Positions 62,291 to 64,000 of a DNA stretch of 64,000 bases are shown here, piece after piece. The number at the start of each line of letters is the position of its first letter. Position 1 is the stretch's first letter. The notes beneath the pieces were generated by a model. The model saw only the letters and a program-made list of their open reading frames with translations. It was not told the DNA's origin and did not search any database. The position numbers were made by a program, and so were the translations under genes. Source of the stretch: Marsupella aquatica (taxonomy: Eukaryota; Plantae; Marchantiophyta); the NCBI GenBank assembly GCA_973895155.1, contig OZ316893.1, forward strand, positions 20,464,857 to 20,528,856, written 5' to 3'.

Positions 62291-64000
62291 CAGTGTCTTT
62301 TTCAAAACCAAGAATACTTTCCCCCCTGACCATCTCTTGACATTGAAGCTTGAATTTAGAATCAATAAATACAATAACATGTTGTACTTTATTTTGTCGT
62401 GGTCGTATTTTGAATTTGCTTTGCCAAATTAAATTAAGTTAATGACAAAGAAAATGAAGAAGCAAAAAAACATTACATTTAGTGTGAAGAAAGGAGTGAC
62501 ACTCTTTTACATTCAAGAAAAATGGAGCTCCCAAATGATGCACAACAATCAAGTCACCATTCAATCATGCTTATTAACTTCTCCTCCATTTGCCTTCCTC
62601 TACCAGTCTTTATTGATTCCCATGGGAAGTTTCTTTCAAAATTTTGGGATGCACATGTAGCCACATCAGCATGATTTGCCACAAGCAATAACCCTTAGTT
62701 ATGCAAGAAGAACCAAATTTGACTGTTTGTGTTTGGGGCAAGGCAAAGAAAAATTAATCCATGGACCCCCTTGTTTCTTTGCTTAGTTTGAGTTTCTTTA
62801 TTTTGGATTCAGGGTTTAGAGTTTAGGAGTTGTAGAAATTGGTGAACACTTCCCCCCCTTATATATAGGAGTTGTAGAAACTCTGGAGACGACTGACTCT
62901 GGACAAACTAAACCCGCGTTTGAGTGCCAAAAACTGAAAATTCAGAGGTGGTTACATTTTTGGGAACCACTTTAATAACTTGTTATTATTATTGAAATTT
63001 TATTTATGTTATAGTTTCTTTAATAAGTAAAAAAGATAACTAAAACATCTAATGCTTAAAAACATTAACATCTTCTTGTGTATTTGATTTACTTTTATTT
63101 TAGTTTTACGTGTAGGAATTACTGCATAGCGACCTAGTTGTTACAAAAAACTTAAAAAATCTGGGAATGTTTTTTTTTGCAAACAGTTGCGTCCTCTTTG
63201 TTGATGTCATTGTTGATGTGGCACGTCCTCGTGCCAGGAATTTGCAAGAGACTCCTAATGGGGGTCCGACAATTAAAGACCTAACTATAAAAACAATAGA
63301 AAACTGAAAACTAGCATTATAAGTACACAAAGAAAATGATAAAATAGGGTGTGAAAGAAAACAATCTTTGATGAGTTGTGATTGATATGTCAATGTTTTT
63401 TGGTAATCTATTTCAATTTTCTATTTAATTACACATTTTTGAAATAATGACAAGAAGAAATAAACTCTTCAATTACTCTAACATTACCAAGGTAACATAA
63501 GAAACCCAATAAACTTTTAAACTTCTCTGACTAACATTTACCAAGTAACTTAATAAACACTTTGGCTATTGATAAAGGAGTAACCAACAAAGGTAAGAAA
63601 TATCATAATTATTATGGGTAGAAGAATACCAAGGGACTCTAAGAACTTTCAACACTTATGCACAACGTAATATTTTGCATGAACATATGGAATGTTACAT
63701 GTATTGTATAGACATAGAGGTACTAAGTGAAACATTTTGCATGAAGAATTGCCCTTGGCATTACCGTGAATGTACTCCTATTTGCCTTCAATGAAATTCT
63801 CTTAACTATCTTTAAAATTCACTTCATTTATAATCCTCCATTTAATCTTTTTCATCTCATCTATCTATTCCAATGTGCAACTCTTCATGGCTCCAAATAG
63901 TTCAATCAAAACAAGCTTACATAACCAAGGGGTCCTCAAACTAATTACCACTATAATACCTATACCGGTCTGTCCCTTTACAAACTAACTAAAAAAAGGG

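Noticed and set aside
63219-63240. TGGCACG-TCCT-CGTGCCA hairpin as a Helitron 3' end
   Set aside because: No CTRR terminus at the expected distance on either strand.

Overview
Eukaryotic land-plant genomic DNA, probably a bryophyte (inference from gene content and intron style). Six intron-containing or UTR-spliced host genes can be built from splice sites: a DUF3429/TMEM69-like membrane protein, an RLF-like cytochrome b5 protein with a U12-type minor intron, a UIM/EF-hand protein, a universal stress protein, RNase P/MRP subunit RPP30 and an SCL3-like GRAS transcription factor. Mobile DNA includes the 5' end of a Ty1/copia element with four related solo or partial LTRs, a near full-length but decayed CRE-clade (restriction-like endonuclease) non-LTR retrotransposon in a (TCCTC)n site, several MITE-like elements and tandem duplications. 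The most unusual feature is a ~4.1 kb element at 16090-20164. It carries a spliced Crypton/DUF3504-type tyrosine recombinase gene, has subterminal inverted repeats, has a second mini inverted-repeat module abutting its left end, and splits a minisatellite array. Also notable: two uORFs chained to the GRAS ORF by TGATG stop/start overlaps, an in-frame TGA between copia gag and protease, and a probable eroded LRR pseudogene at ~57-59.5 kb. All calls come from reading the sequence; no database searches were run.
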